Of a DNA stretch of 64,000 bases, positions 38,371-50,364 are shown in pieces. Numbering within the stretch: position 1 is the first letter of the stretch; every line of letters begins with the position of its first letter. The notes under the pieces are model-generated. The model had not been told where the DNA came from and searched no databases. It saw only the letters and a program-made list of their open reading frames with translations. Both the position numbers and the translations under genes were made by a program. The stretch is from Octopus vulgaris (Eukaryota), in the NCBI GenBank assembly GCA_951406725.2, contig OX597827.1, forward strand, positions 19,344,001 through 19,408,000. The letters are read 5' to 3'.

Positions 38371-39079
38371 ACATACTCTATGTGTTGATTTTGAATACAT
38401 GCTGCAGATAAGTGGGCACAACAGTCCTCTTCCATTTACCAAATCCACTCCCAAGATCTTGGTCAACATGGGGGAAAAAAACACTTGCCCAAGGTGTCAC
38501 ACATCAGGAATCCTCACATGTCCATTTGTTAATGAAACTGAGTCCATTTCCATGGGATTGTGGTGTGGCACAAATATATGTTTAAATAAGATATAATATG
38601 AAGCACCATTTGGGCGTGGCTGTTGCCAGTACCACCAAACTGGCCCTCATGCCGGTGGCATGTAAAAGCACCCACTATACTCTCGGAGTGGTTGGTGTTA
38701 GGAAGAGCATCAAGCTGTAGAAACTCTGCCAGATCAGATTGGAGTCTGGTTCGCCAGAACTCAGTCAAATCGTCCAACCCATGCTAGCATGGAAAGTGGA
38801 CGTTAAATGATGATGATGATGATGATGATGATACAAGAAAATGGTGCTCTGTTATATTGGCTTGACTGATTTTCAATCTGGCATTTGGTGTCTGGTTGTC
38901 TGTTACTGATGATCTGAAATACAGTGGAATCATGATACAGTGCCATCCATCAGTGTTCACAAAATATCATCAAGCGATATTGTTTGTGCTTTTTAGCATT
39001 TGTCATCTACACAAGATGATTTCTGCGGTTAGTCTAAGGCATTGTAAACAGCACATCCAAGTTAGGTTGGAGCTTTTAT

Positions 39080-39388
39080 ATATATATATAAAATATTAGA
39101 AAAAAATCCACCTTTTATCAATTCAAAATGAATAATTAAATTACACCATCTAGAAAATTACATATAATAGAAAAGTTACAATTAAAATAACAATAAAATG
39201 TCAAAGATTAAGTAAATTACATACCTATTATATACATTATAATATTTTTGTAATTTACTTAATCTTTACTTTTTATTGTTATTTTAATTTTAACTTTTCT
39301 ATTATATGTAATTTTCTAGATGGTGTAATTTAATTATTCCTTTTGAATTGATAAAGGGTGTATTTTTTCTAATATTTTGTATATATAT
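39080..39388. repeat. AT-rich inverted repeat, about 140-bp arms, about 28-nt spacer
   Basis: AAATATTAGAAAAAAAT...CACCATCTAGAAAATTACATATAATAG...AAGATTAAGTAAATTACA is mirrored by TGTAATTTACTTAATCTT...CTATTATATGTAATTTTCTAGATGGTG...TTTTTCTAATATTT. Confidence 0.9.
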
Positions 39389-39530
39389 TATATTGTGTGG
39401 AATTTGATTTAGTATTTCTAAATTGAATTCTTTTTCCTTGTAAGTTTGGATTTTATTCCCTCAAATAATAATTATATATATATATAACTATACACACACA
39501 TACATACACACACACACACAAATATATATA

Positions 39531-39914
39531 TCTTTATATATAAAAGTGAAGTTGTGTGTCTGTCTCCTACAATTTAGATTCCTAACTACTCCCACATTTT
39601 GCGGTGCAGTGTAACCAAAAGCGGGTATCTTTTAGTCGTGATTCATATAGAGCCCTTCTGGGTATTAGCACGCGTCTACGATGAGTCTACGATTTAAAAA
39701 CAAATTTTACCATCATTTTATGCACTTTTTTGCTATTATATAAGGGAAGTAACTCTCTAAAAACGTATTATTAAATCTCAGAATGTAAAAAGCTACAGTA
39801 ACACCCCTCTTTGTGGTTAGCCATATTGAGATGGCTATTATACTTTACATCTCTAAAAATGCTTATATAGTTATTTCCCTTACAAACCCGAGCAACGCCG
39901 GGCGATACTGCTAG
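39531..39914 (+). mobile_element. Non-autonomous Helitron, complete
   Basis: A|TC start; subterminal hairpin CCCGAGCAACGCCGGG; CTAG|T end; no TSD. Confidence 0.85.
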
Positions 39915-40386
39915 TATATATATATAATAGTAAAAGCAAAATTCTGTCTGTCCATCTGGGACCCTTGTATCTCAGTTTACATTTTGCTCGACCATAGACA
40001 CATTGTATTTTGGAGGGATCAGGATAATCCCAGGATTGAAAAATCTGCCCTACATTTGGTTCTGGAACATCCAGCACTAGGATCTGATTTAAAAGCATTT
40101 GGGTTGCTATTTCGAGCAGGTAAAGCTACCATAAGAGATTTCAGGGTCATCGTCTTACCAAGAGAGGCAAACAAGAGTTACCTCCCTTAGACTAAAGTTA
40201 TACAAAGGAATTTAGCGGTTCTTTTATCTTTTTCAGTCATCCGACTGTGACCATGCTGGGGCACTGCCTTGAAGAATTTTGATCGGAAAAAGATGACACC
40301 TTTTCTTTCTTTTTTATGCTTGGTACTTTTTTTTATAGGCCTCTTTTACCGAACCGTTAGGTCACATGAACGTAAACACACCAATA

Positions 40387-40797
40387 CCTATTTCTTTATT
40401 ACCCACAAGGGGCTAAACATAGAGGAGACAAACAAGGACAAAGGTATTAAGTCGATTACATCGACCTCAGTGCGTAACTGGTACTTATTTAATTGACCCC
40501 GAAAGGATGAAAGGCAAAGTCGACCTCGGCGGAATTTGAACTCACAACGTAACGACAGACGAAATACCTATTTCTTTACTACCCACAAGGAGCTAAACAT
40601 AGAGGGGACAAACAAGGACAGACAAAGGTATTAAGTCGATTACATCGATCCCAGTGCGTAACTGGTACTTAATTTATCGACCCCGAAAGGATGAAAGGCA
40701 AAGTCGACCTCGGCGGAATTTGAACTCAGAACGTAACGGCAGACGAAATACCGCTAAGCATTTTGCCCGGGGTGCTAACGTTTCTGCCAGCTTGCCT
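40387..40797 (-). mobile_element. SINE family D with tandemly duplicated 3' body
   Basis: Two copies of TTTCTTTA(T/C)TACCCACAAGG...GTCGACCTCGGCGGAATTTGAACTC...GACGAAATACC; the head is at about 40750-40797. Confidence 0.85.
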
Positions 40798-40863
40798 CCT
40801 ATACCAGTTATCAAGTGGGAGAGGGAGGAGAGACAAACAGACACAAAGCCACAATAAACAAAC

Positions 40864-40923
<60 letters not shown>

Positions 40924-40949
40924 TCTATAGTTGTTTCTCTTTTTAATTT

Positions 40950-41421
40950 AATAACTACTGAGTTTTTTAAATTTTGGGATCTTCCTGGAATGCTTTCTCA
41001 CAAACTGATATTGAAGAAAGGAGTTCCAATCATGCTTTTGAGAAATCTGGATCCCCCAAAGTTTTGCCATGGAACAAGATTGATTGTCAGTCAAATGCAT
41101 CCACACCGTTTGGAAACAACAATCTTCACTGAGCAAGGAAAGGGAGAAAATGTGTATATTTCAAGAATTCCACCGATTCCAGCAGACATGTCCTTAGAAT
41201 TCAAGTAACTTCAATTTCCAGTAAGAGTTAATTTTGCAATGTCAATTAACAAGAGTCAAGAACAATCACTCAAAATTGTTGGACTTCACCTCCTGCAGCA
41301 CAGCTTTTCCCATGCTCAGGTCAATGTTGATTGTTCCCAAGTTGAAAATTGCTGCAATTTCTTCATACTCACACTAAATGGTAAAATCAAGAATATTATT
41401 TATCCTGCTGCTTTACAGTAA
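40950..41421 (+). pseudogene. Helitron PIF1-like helicase C-terminal fragment (stop-interrupted)
   Basis: HKLILKKGVPIMLLRNLDPPKFCHGTRL...IPPIP...FK*LQFPVRVNFAMSINKSQEQSL...FSHAQ...NIIYP matches the Helitron RepHel helicase end. Confidence 0.9.
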
Positions 41422-41568
41422 TTTCCAAATGTCACAGTGATACAAAATTCTCCAAATGTGATACTCTGTTATATGAATCTGAGATGGTAGATATAATTAT
41501 TTCTCACTTCAGTTTTGGGCTGCAGGCCCAATTAGCCCTCTGCAAAGAGTATGGCTTTGAAGCTAGTA

Positions 41569-42600
41569 TCATCATCATCATCGTTTAATGTCCATTTTCC
41601 ATGCTGGCATGGGTTGGATGGTTTGATTCAGGTCTGGAAAGCCAGCAGCTGTACCAGGCTCCAGTCTGATCTGGCAGAGTTTCTACAGCTGGATGCTCTT
41701 CCTAACGCCAACAACTCTGGGAGTGTAGTGGGTGCTTTTTACGTGCCACTGGCATTGGAGCCAGTTGTGGGGGGGCACTGGCATCAACTACATTCAGGTG
41801 GTGCATTTTATGTGCCACCAGCACTGATCATAGCTACGATATTGGTTTTACTTGACTCAACAGGTCTTCTCAAGCACATCATATAGCCCGATGCATCAAG
41901 GGTACTATTAAACAGGCAGGACTTGCAACACTGGCATCGCCCATGGCTGTGATCTCACTTTAGTTACTGGGTCTTCTCAGTCACAGCAAATCTCCAAAGT
42001 TCTCGATCTCCTGTCATTGCTTCTGTGAGGCCCAACTTTCAAAGGTCATGCTTCATCACCTAATCCTTTGTCTTCCTGGAGGCTACCTCATTGACAGGTT
42101 CCTTCCACAGTTAGGGTGCGTCACTTACTCACATAGCTGCCTTCATCCATACATAACACATGACCATACCAGTGCAGTCGTCTCTCTTTCATCCACATTT
42201 GAGTCTTCTTATGTCCAAATTTTCACTCAGAGCCCTCACACTCTGTTCTGTATGCACACTGACATTACACATCCAGCGGATTATACTAGCTTCATTTCTT
42301 TCAAGCCTACACATGTCCTCAGCAGTCATGGCCCATGTTTCACTGCCATGCAGCATGGCAGTTTGCACACATGCATCATACAGCCTACCTTTCATCCTGT
42401 GCGAGAGGACCTTAGTTGTCAGCAGAGGTAGGAGTTCCCTGAACTTTGCCCAGGCTATTCTCATTCTAGTCGCTACACTCTCAGAGCAACCACCCACACT
42501 ACAGGCTTGGTCACCTAGGTAGTGGAAGCTATCAACTACTTCTGACTTTTCCTCCTGGCATGTGATGGAATCTATTTTCTGTACATCTTCAGTGTTGGTT
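41569..42600 (-). mobile_element. 5'-truncated RTE-clade LINE
   Basis: EVVDSFHYLGDQ...RIAWAKFRELLPLL...MLHGSETWA, followed by the family-A UTR and (GAT)n tail. Confidence 0.9.
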
Positions 42601-43167
42601 AGACTTGATTGATCAAATCTAGGGCACATATGTAAATAGAAGAATGATTATGTGCGATCCATTGACCCATGATGGATGTGCTGTACCTTCATCAAATTGA
42701 AACCAGCTTTGTCTTTTCTGACATGCTAGTCTTCAATGGTATAGTTATTTCATTCCATGTTTACCCTGATTGTGCAGACTTGTGATTTGAAGTATTCCAA
42801 TCATGACCATCTCATCATTTCTTCAAGCATGTGTATTTAGGATTACATTGCAGAATAGGACTCTCCCTTTCTAAGGTAGCAAGCTGTCATTTGTAAAGGG
42901 TTTGGTTCCTTCATTGTCATGACACAGTGGTTGATGTTGATTAGCTCCATGTCAATCCAGATAAAGCACACCTACAATAGAAAACATTCCAGTGATGAAT
43001 ATTCCATTTAATATTCAAACACATTGTAAGAAAGCATAAGTAAAGGCAGACTTGAGTTTGGTCACTCATCTTTAGAAATGGCTAAATCTACCCCATACTA
43101 CATCTTAACTCCAATACCAACCTTAACCATGTTTAAAAGAATATAAGTGGGAGATTGTCTTTGTGAC

Positions 43168-43475
43168 TGTAGTGTTGGCGGTCAGTGTTATGGGCCATGA
43201 TGAGCTATGTGGAGAGGATGACAGATGAGGTGGGCAGAAGTAGGGCTTGCAGGGGCTAGCGGAGTAAAGGGCGCATGCGTGGCAAGAAGCATGTGTGGTC
43301 AGCGAGGAAGCACATGTGGTCAGTGAGGAAGCGTCGTCAGTTCCAGCATAGACGGCAAAGCGACAGGACGTGTTGAATTCGTGAGAGACGGCTGATTTTG
43401 CTGAGATAAGGCCTTTTGTATTTCTTGCTCCCATTGCTTCTGTTTTCTGTTGTCCTTTTCCCCCATCACACTACA
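43168..43475. mobile_element. Solo LTR with 5-bp TSD
   Basis: GTGAC|TGTAGTG...CACTACA|GTGAC; TSD at 43163-43167 and 43476-43480. Confidence 0.85.
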
Positions 43476-44084
43476 GTGACATATCAATCTCTAAAGAAAC
43501 TTCCAATCATAAGGATGAAAGAGGTTAAAAAAAAAAAAGGCGAATACTTTAGCCTAAAGTTTAGAGTTTTATTATTGCAAAAGACAATGGCCATGCTCTT
43601 ATTGAAATTGTTAATGGTAAAATACAATTGCTGCATAGTAACAGAAAGATAGGTGCTGAGGATATCGAGCACTATGAAAGACATGTTTGTGGTCACTGAG
43701 AAGAGAAAGACTCAATGTTGTTTCGCCCCAGATCAGCCCTAATTGAAATGACCATATGATCGAGAAGCATTCAAGCCGTGACCATCCATCCTTTTTTTAG
43801 GGACTACATAGGAGTGCATTATCGAAAGGGTCTTCTTTTCATTTAAGATCCCCAAGGAGATAAAAGAATGCAGTCGTTTACAATCGATCCGTTAGGATCG
43901 TTTGAAAGATTGCTCTTAATGATAAGACACACTGTCATTTGTTTCTATCGGCTGGTTACATGTAGAAGCTGGATGAGATTCAATGAAGTTGAAATCGGGA
44001 TCCTTCGGATGTTGTAATCAGATGTGCTTTTCAGAGATTATAATTCAAACTATATAAGATTCAAAATATATATTTATATCTCTA

Positions 44085-44581
44085 CTAGCAGTATTGCCTG
44101 GCTTTGCAAAATGGTCACATTTAATTCAAAGCGTTAAAAATGTTATGAAAACAATTGGTATGTGTTCACAAAGTCCAAACGATTAATATGAAAAAACCCT
44201 CCAGGCTACATCCCGAAAAATAATTTCTTTGCCGAATTTCTACAGTGTTTACGGCGATTTGTTTTTATATCTTGATTTTTTATTTTTCATGCAATTTACG
44301 CATGCTTGCACGCGTGGTGAACACAGTTCACGTCAAACAGCTGACTGAGTAAAGTTCACTATTCAATGTATGGGATAAGGCCTAAACAAACACATTATCG
44401 ATTTTTGTACTTGTGAGATGAATTTCGGAAAAGAAATAGCGCAGTTCAATTTTCATTCGCCTAAACTTTAAGTGACCCATTTTTGGTGGTTCTATGATTT
44501 GTTGGCTAGGAGGAGATGTACCGGGAAGTTAAACACACAGATACACACACAGACACACAAGTTGAATTTTATATATATAGA
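44085..44581 (-). mobile_element. Non-autonomous Helitron
   Basis: Minus strand starts TCTATATATATAAAATTCAACTTGTGTGTCTG and ends GCCAGGCAATACTGCTAG|T. Confidence 0.7.
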
Positions 44582-44904
44582 GGTAAGCCTTGTTTGAACA
44601 AACTTATGATCAAAGTAGGCCAGGGCTGTATCTGTGAAGGAGTATATTGTTTTTTTTTATATGCAGAAATGTATGTTTATGTATGTGATTGTTTGCATAT
44701 ATTTTTTCAAACGAGTGCATCTTAGAAGGGTAATGAAGGAGAAAGAGATAGAAAGGAGTGAACTGCTTTAAAATGGAATAGAAAGACAGAAAGAGGGACA
44801 AAAAGAGAATTTATGTACCTGTCCCATCAAAACCTGATGAATCTAAAAACAACTTTGCTGATTTCTACATGAAACAATTTGAAGAAAGAAAAGTTTGCCA
44901 TACG

Positions 44905-46600
44905 ACAGCGAGAAAGGTGGCTCTCCTAACTCAGACCTGGTCTGAGCGGAAGCTGTCCTTGAAAGGGAGGGCGGAGGTTGCAGAGGTGTTTATCACCTCT
45001 GTAATCACTTGCCGCCTGACCGTCATGCCTTGCCCCGATTTGTGGCTGAACAAGCTGGAACGCATGCTCTTTCGCTTTTTGTGGAGGGGCAGCAGACTTC
45101 TTGTAAGATTGCTGCCAAAAGCTGTTGAAGGGTGGGTTAGGGATGCCGTGGCTAAAAATGCGCTCAGGCTTAGGCACCTCTGGCTTTACCTGGACGGTGA
45201 GCAGGTGTGGTCTCCATTCGTCAAGCTGTTATTTCCACAGTTCACATCGTTTACCAAACTGAAACCCATGGATCAAGTGTAGACCGAGGTTAGGCGAGTG
45301 GCATGTAGAGTGCCATCAGGCACTCGTGCTTCTCTCCCAGCCGGGCAACGGTGGTGGCGGGGGTACTACCTCGTTCTTCTATAGAGGGTTAGTAGAGTTT
45401 AAGTGTGACGACGTCCTGGAAGAAACCCTAGGCTTCGATGAAGATCAACTGGCCAGCCTGTTCCAAAGAACATTCGGTCTGGGGCCTATGGATAATTACC
45501 AAAAGTTCCTGGCGTGGCAATGTTACAGAGGAGCTTTACCGGTTCGAGATAAGCTCTTTAGACATGGGTGTGCACCTTCGCCAGATTGTGCCAGATGCGA
45601 GAGGGACAGTGAAAACTGTCCTGCACGCGATTGTGCAATGCCCCAAGGTGACTGAACTCTGGGCTTATGTCGAACACCTGCTGTCGTATTCGAGAAGAGT
45701 ACAACTGTCGAGCGAATCTGTAATTAAGATCATTCCGGTAGTTGCTGTGGCGAAAGAGGTAGTATGTAAGACGAGAGTGAAAGGAATTGCAACAGGCATG
45801 TTCATCTCCAGTTTCGAGCTAATCGACTTTTTCGTTTTCCACATGAAACGGAAAATAAGGCTGGGTGGAAGTCTATAAGCAAGTATGTTGCGAGTGAAAG
45901 AACCTGTTTAAACGAGAATGTAAAAAAGGAGAAAGCAAAGTCTTCAGTGTGAGTATGTGGTTTGTGGGGTCAACCACATCCTCCGCTTCATTTCTCGTTA
46001 ATCACTCATTCTCATTTAATTGTATGTATTTTAATTGTTTGTTTATTCATACGTTTCGTCTCATTCGATACCCTGACCCTAACGTTTGTTTTGTCTGTTC
46101 CCATATTGTCCCCTCTTTGGATCTTTTCGACTTGAACAGCAGTTTTTTCTAGCGGTGTCATATGAAATTGTCACCCATAATTATGACCCTAGTATCGATC
46201 TATTGCATTTCAATCTCTTTTAGGGTTAGGCTTAGGGGTGGGGGGAAGGATATCTTTTTTTCTTCACAAATGTAAATAAACCCAATCTGTTTCTTAAACG
46301 AGTGACATATTCATACAACACAGAATGTTTTTTTTACCTCAATGGACGTCAGTGATTGGTTGAAATTGCAGAAATTGAAGAAAAAACAACAACAATCTTA
46401 CAAACCATAGAACTTTTCTCAATAAAGCCAAGAGAAAAAGATGTTTTATAAACACATTCTACCAGTATACGAAGTTTAAAATTTTCTAGTTACCTAGAAA
46501 TTATGTTAAAAACTGCCGTTCAAACCGAAAAGATCCCGTTTGTTTTGTCTGTCCCCGTATGGTCCCCTTTTTTCTCAACCTTATGGTAAATAAAGAAATT
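44905..46600 (+). mobile_element. 5'-truncated L1/Tx1-clade LINE (post-RT region, zinc-finger-like domain, 3' UTR)
   Basis: TWSERKLSLKGRAEV (shared with the 8.5-kb copy); WQCYRGALPVRDKL...CARC...HAIVQCP. The 3' end is AATAAAGAAATT, and the UTR is interrupted by a TIR element. Confidence 0.85.
46119..46536. mobile_element. Non-autonomous TIR DNA transposon (unclassified), about 29-bp TIRs, internal TTAGGG-like repeats
   Basis: GGATCTTTTCGACTTGAACAGCAGTTTTT ... AAAAACTGCCGTTCAAACCGAAAAGATCC. Confidence 0.85.
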
Positions 46601-47342
46601 CCTTCTCTCTCTCTCTATCTCTATCTCCCTCCCTCTCTCTCTCTCCCTTTGTTGTTTTGTTTTACTCCCCCCATCATATTTTGACAACTCTTCCTGTCAC
46701 CAGAGGCGTAATGTCAAGGAAGAAAACGTAACTCTTGATTGAAAATTGTCAAAATATCTGTCTAAACTATGAATTGCATCTCTCTTAACTCTTTCAGCAT
46801 CACTCTTATCTCTCTCGCACATCTTGATAGGTACCCCCACCACCTCTCCCAATTGATGTCCTGGTCATCGTCAACAACGACAGACAAACATTATAATACA
46901 CATACATAATGTAATCCAACAATTGACCTGACATTTCAGTCGGCTTTTTGCCTTCTGTGTTTATTAAACACATACACACATTTCTGTGTGTATTTCCGTT
47001 ATATATTTTCAATACTCTACACATGTCACTTAATATTTCAGTTAAATTTTGAGGCTTGTTTTGACAAGTCTTCGCTTCTCCCATTTCACTGTCTCACCCT
47101 CAACTACCTCTATCTAATCTATCTTTCCTCACTCTTTGCTCTGGTAAAAAAATGAGGGACAAATATTTCCTCTACCACTCCCTACTCTTATCGACTGTTT
47201 TATCATTTCATTTTTTTTTCTTTTCATCAATTTGGCAATGTCCTTCTTTTTCCCCCACCCTCGAAATGCATATTTTGTTTTCTCTTATTTCCTTTTGAAA
47301 TAAATCTAAACTACCCCCATCTCACTCTTTAATCTCTGAGAA

Positions 47343-47613
47343 AAACCTAATTATGATAGTTCGACTTGCTAGAAATAGCATTTAAATCGTCCTAATATAG
47401 CAATGCAGATTACGATACACAAAAAGGCAGGATGGTCATGGCTGGAACACTTTGATCATAGGTTTTACTCAATCAAACCTAATCATGATCGTTCGACTTG
47501 CTAGAAATAGCATTTAAATCGTCCTAATATAGCAATGCAGATTACGATACACAAAAAGGCAGGATGGTCATGGCTGGAACACTTTGATCATAGGTTTACT
47601 CAATCAAACCTAA
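47343..47613. repeat. Near-perfect tandem duplication, about 132 bp x2
   Basis: AAACCTAAT(T/C)ATGAT(A/C)GTTCGACTTGCTAGAAATAGC...TACTCAATC at 47343 and 47475. Confidence 0.95.
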
Positions 47614-47924
47614 GCTGAGGCTGAACAACTATACATAGTTTTAAACTCTTCCACTAAATCTTTTCCCTCCATCTCACTAATTCTTTCCTCTTCTATTTGT
47701 TTTTTTCTCTCCCGTTAATCTACTTTAAATCTCGTACTCATTATTATCTCCATCCTTACTTCTCTTTTTTTTTTTTATTTATTTATTTATTCTTCTCGTT
47801 GTTTACTTAACACTCTTCCTTTTATAACATCACTCTCTCCATCCTCACTCTCTTTTTCCCTCCAATTTCTCTCTCCCTTCCTCTCTCACATTGACTGAGT
47901 AAAGTAATCCTCCTCCTACTCTTC

Positions 47925-48075
47925 TCTTTCTCCGTCACTCTCTCTCTCTCACACTCCTTTCTCCGTCACTCTCTCTCACACTCCTTTCTCCGTCACTCTC
48001 TCTCTCACACTCCTTTCTCCGTCACTCTCTCTCACACTCCTTTCTCCGTCACTCTCTCACACACTCCTTTCTCAC
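47925..48075. repeat. Pyrimidine-rich 27-29-bp minisatellite (about 5 copies) upstream of the candidate first exon
   Basis: Unit CTCCTTTCTCCGTCACTCTCT(CT)CACA. Confidence 0.9.
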
Positions 48076-48295
48076 ACTCACAGACGATTCAGAAGTCTTA
48101 TATTACAACAGCCTCCACCTCAGCCTCTCATCCCACACTTTTCCTTGTTGACACACACACACTCTGTCTCGCTCTCACTCTTTCACTCTCACACGACCAG
48201 CGCGCACATGCCGAGAGCAAGAATAAGCTACGTTAATACACTATAACTAAGGTGGTTGCCTGTTTTAGCTTTTATTTCCTGAATGGATCTACATC

Positions 48296-48446
48296 ATGTC
48301 GACCCCGTCTCAAGACCCTTACCCGGATAAGGAGAGAGTCAGTAGCACTGAGTTACCCATGGAAGAACGTAGCCAGACCCGAGCACGTCCCGTGCCACCC
48401 GTACCCGAGAGACCAGCCTCTATCAGGGTGTCTAAACATGGCCAAG
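48296..48446 (+). CDS. Candidate first coding exon of an unidentified gene (MSTPSQDPYPDKERVSSTELPMEERSQTRARPVPPVPERPASIRVSKHGQ, phase 1)
   Basis: ATCATG start, 50 open codons of GC-rich non-repetitive sequence, and a consensus donor AAG|GTAAGT at 48447. It is preceded by a CT-rich promoter-like region. No downstream exon was identified. Confidence 0.6.
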
Positions 48447-48744
48447 GTAAGTGACACACACATTTCAAATACGCACTTAACGATTTATGTTCTAGCATTT
48501 CGTTTGAAAGGACAATTGAGTGAAATCCGTGTGAACACGTACGCGTAGAAAATGTTGATCGGGGAAGGATGTGGACTGGATTTATGGATGCAGATGTGTC
48601 TGGGTAATTATAAAACAGCAATTATAGACCATCAACTGTTTTTCAGTTTCTCTCTCTCTAAGGTACGCGCACGCGCACACATCCTCTGTGTCTCGCTCGC
48701 GCGCACACACATATATGTCTATAGCCGAGTTAAACTCCGCCTAT

Positions 48745-48783
<39 letters not shown>

Positions 48784-48785
48784 CG

Positions 48786-48809
<24 letters not shown>

Positions 48810-48817
<8 letters not shown>

Positions 48818-49298
48818 CGCACACATACTCGTCACATATATCACACGCACACTCGTCACAATATATACACACGTACACACACACACTCGACACAATATAC
48901 ACACACACACTCGTCACATTATATACACACGCACACACACTCGTCACAATAAATATATATATACACACACACATACTCGTCACAATATATACACACGCAC
49001 AGACACACTCGTCACAATATATATACACGCACACACACACTCGTCACAATATATATACACGCACACACACACTTGTCACTATATATACACGCACACACAC
49101 ATACTCGTCACGATATATACACACGCACACACACTCGTCACAATATATATATACACACACACGTACTCGTCACAATATATACACACGCACACACACTCGT
49201 CACAATATATATACACGCACACACACACACATACTCATCACAATATACACACGCACACACTCGTCACAATATATACACACGCACACACACTCGTCACA

Positions 49299-49330
<32 letters not shown>

Positions 49331-49575
49331 GTACTCGTCACAATATATACACACGCACACACATACTCGTGACAATATATACACACGCACACAACTCGTC
49401 ACAATATATACACACGCACACACTCGTCACATATATACACACACATACTCGTCCCAATATATACACACACATACTCGTCCCAATATATACACACACACAT
49501 ACTCGTCCCAATATATACACACACACATACTCGTCACATATATACACACGCACACACACACATACTCGTCACAAT
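48810..49575. repeat. Compound minisatellite: constant ACTCGTCACAATAT core plus variable (AT)n(AC)n
   Basis: More than 20 copies of the core with units of about 25-40 bp. It explains the spurious 385-aa and 310-aa ORFs. Confidence 0.95.
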
Positions 49576-50307
49576 GTAGGACGCACCCATGTTATTATTA
49601 TGACACAGATCTATGTATAAATGCGAATGCGTACAGAGATGTGTGTTTATGCGCTGGTTTCATGTTTTATACGTGTGTAATGTGTGTGTGTGTGTATAAT
49701 AAATTGTGATTATGTATTTGACTTGATATGTTTATAAACCGTCTCCAATTAGCTCCACACCTTTCTGAGTATCTGCATCGCTAATTAATAATTGTTCAAT
49801 GGTGATTTGCCCGGTGTTTTTCACTCAGCTAGATCGATGGCTATATATATATGAATGTCCCTACGTCTATATCTGTTATTGTAGTAAATATATTCTTGTA
49901 TTTTTCGGTAGACAATCGACTTAGAGGTGTGTCTGATTTTATATTTACTGTTGGTGCTTCTCTTTGTGTGTTAACACAAATTTGGAGAATGTGTAGAATA
50001 TTTTATAATATAGGAAACAGTGACTGAATAAACCGATTTCGTGTGTGTGTGTGCGGGCTATGTCTAATATCTATTATAAATTTTTGACAGTGACTTCGAA
50101 GTCACGCGTGTGTGTGTGTTAACGTTAACAGAATTTTACTCAGTATTTTTTTTTTAGTAGAAAACATTAAACGTTTTCATACAAAGAAAATTGTACAAAC
50201 GTATATATAATATATTATAATATATATATATATATGTATGTATGTGTGTGTTGATATATGTGTATATTATGCTTGTATATATATATGTAACTAGTACCGA
50301 ATGATCG

Positions 50308-50364
<57 letters not shown>

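Noticed and set aside
43650-43700. CUGAGGA...GAAA hammerhead candidate
   Set aside because: No stem II, G at the cleavage position, and no stem I.
48552-49709. 385-aa and 310-aa His/Thr-rich ORFs; CRISPR-like constant core with variable spacer
   Set aside because: These are translations of a minisatellite, and the spacers are only (AT)/(AC) length variants.
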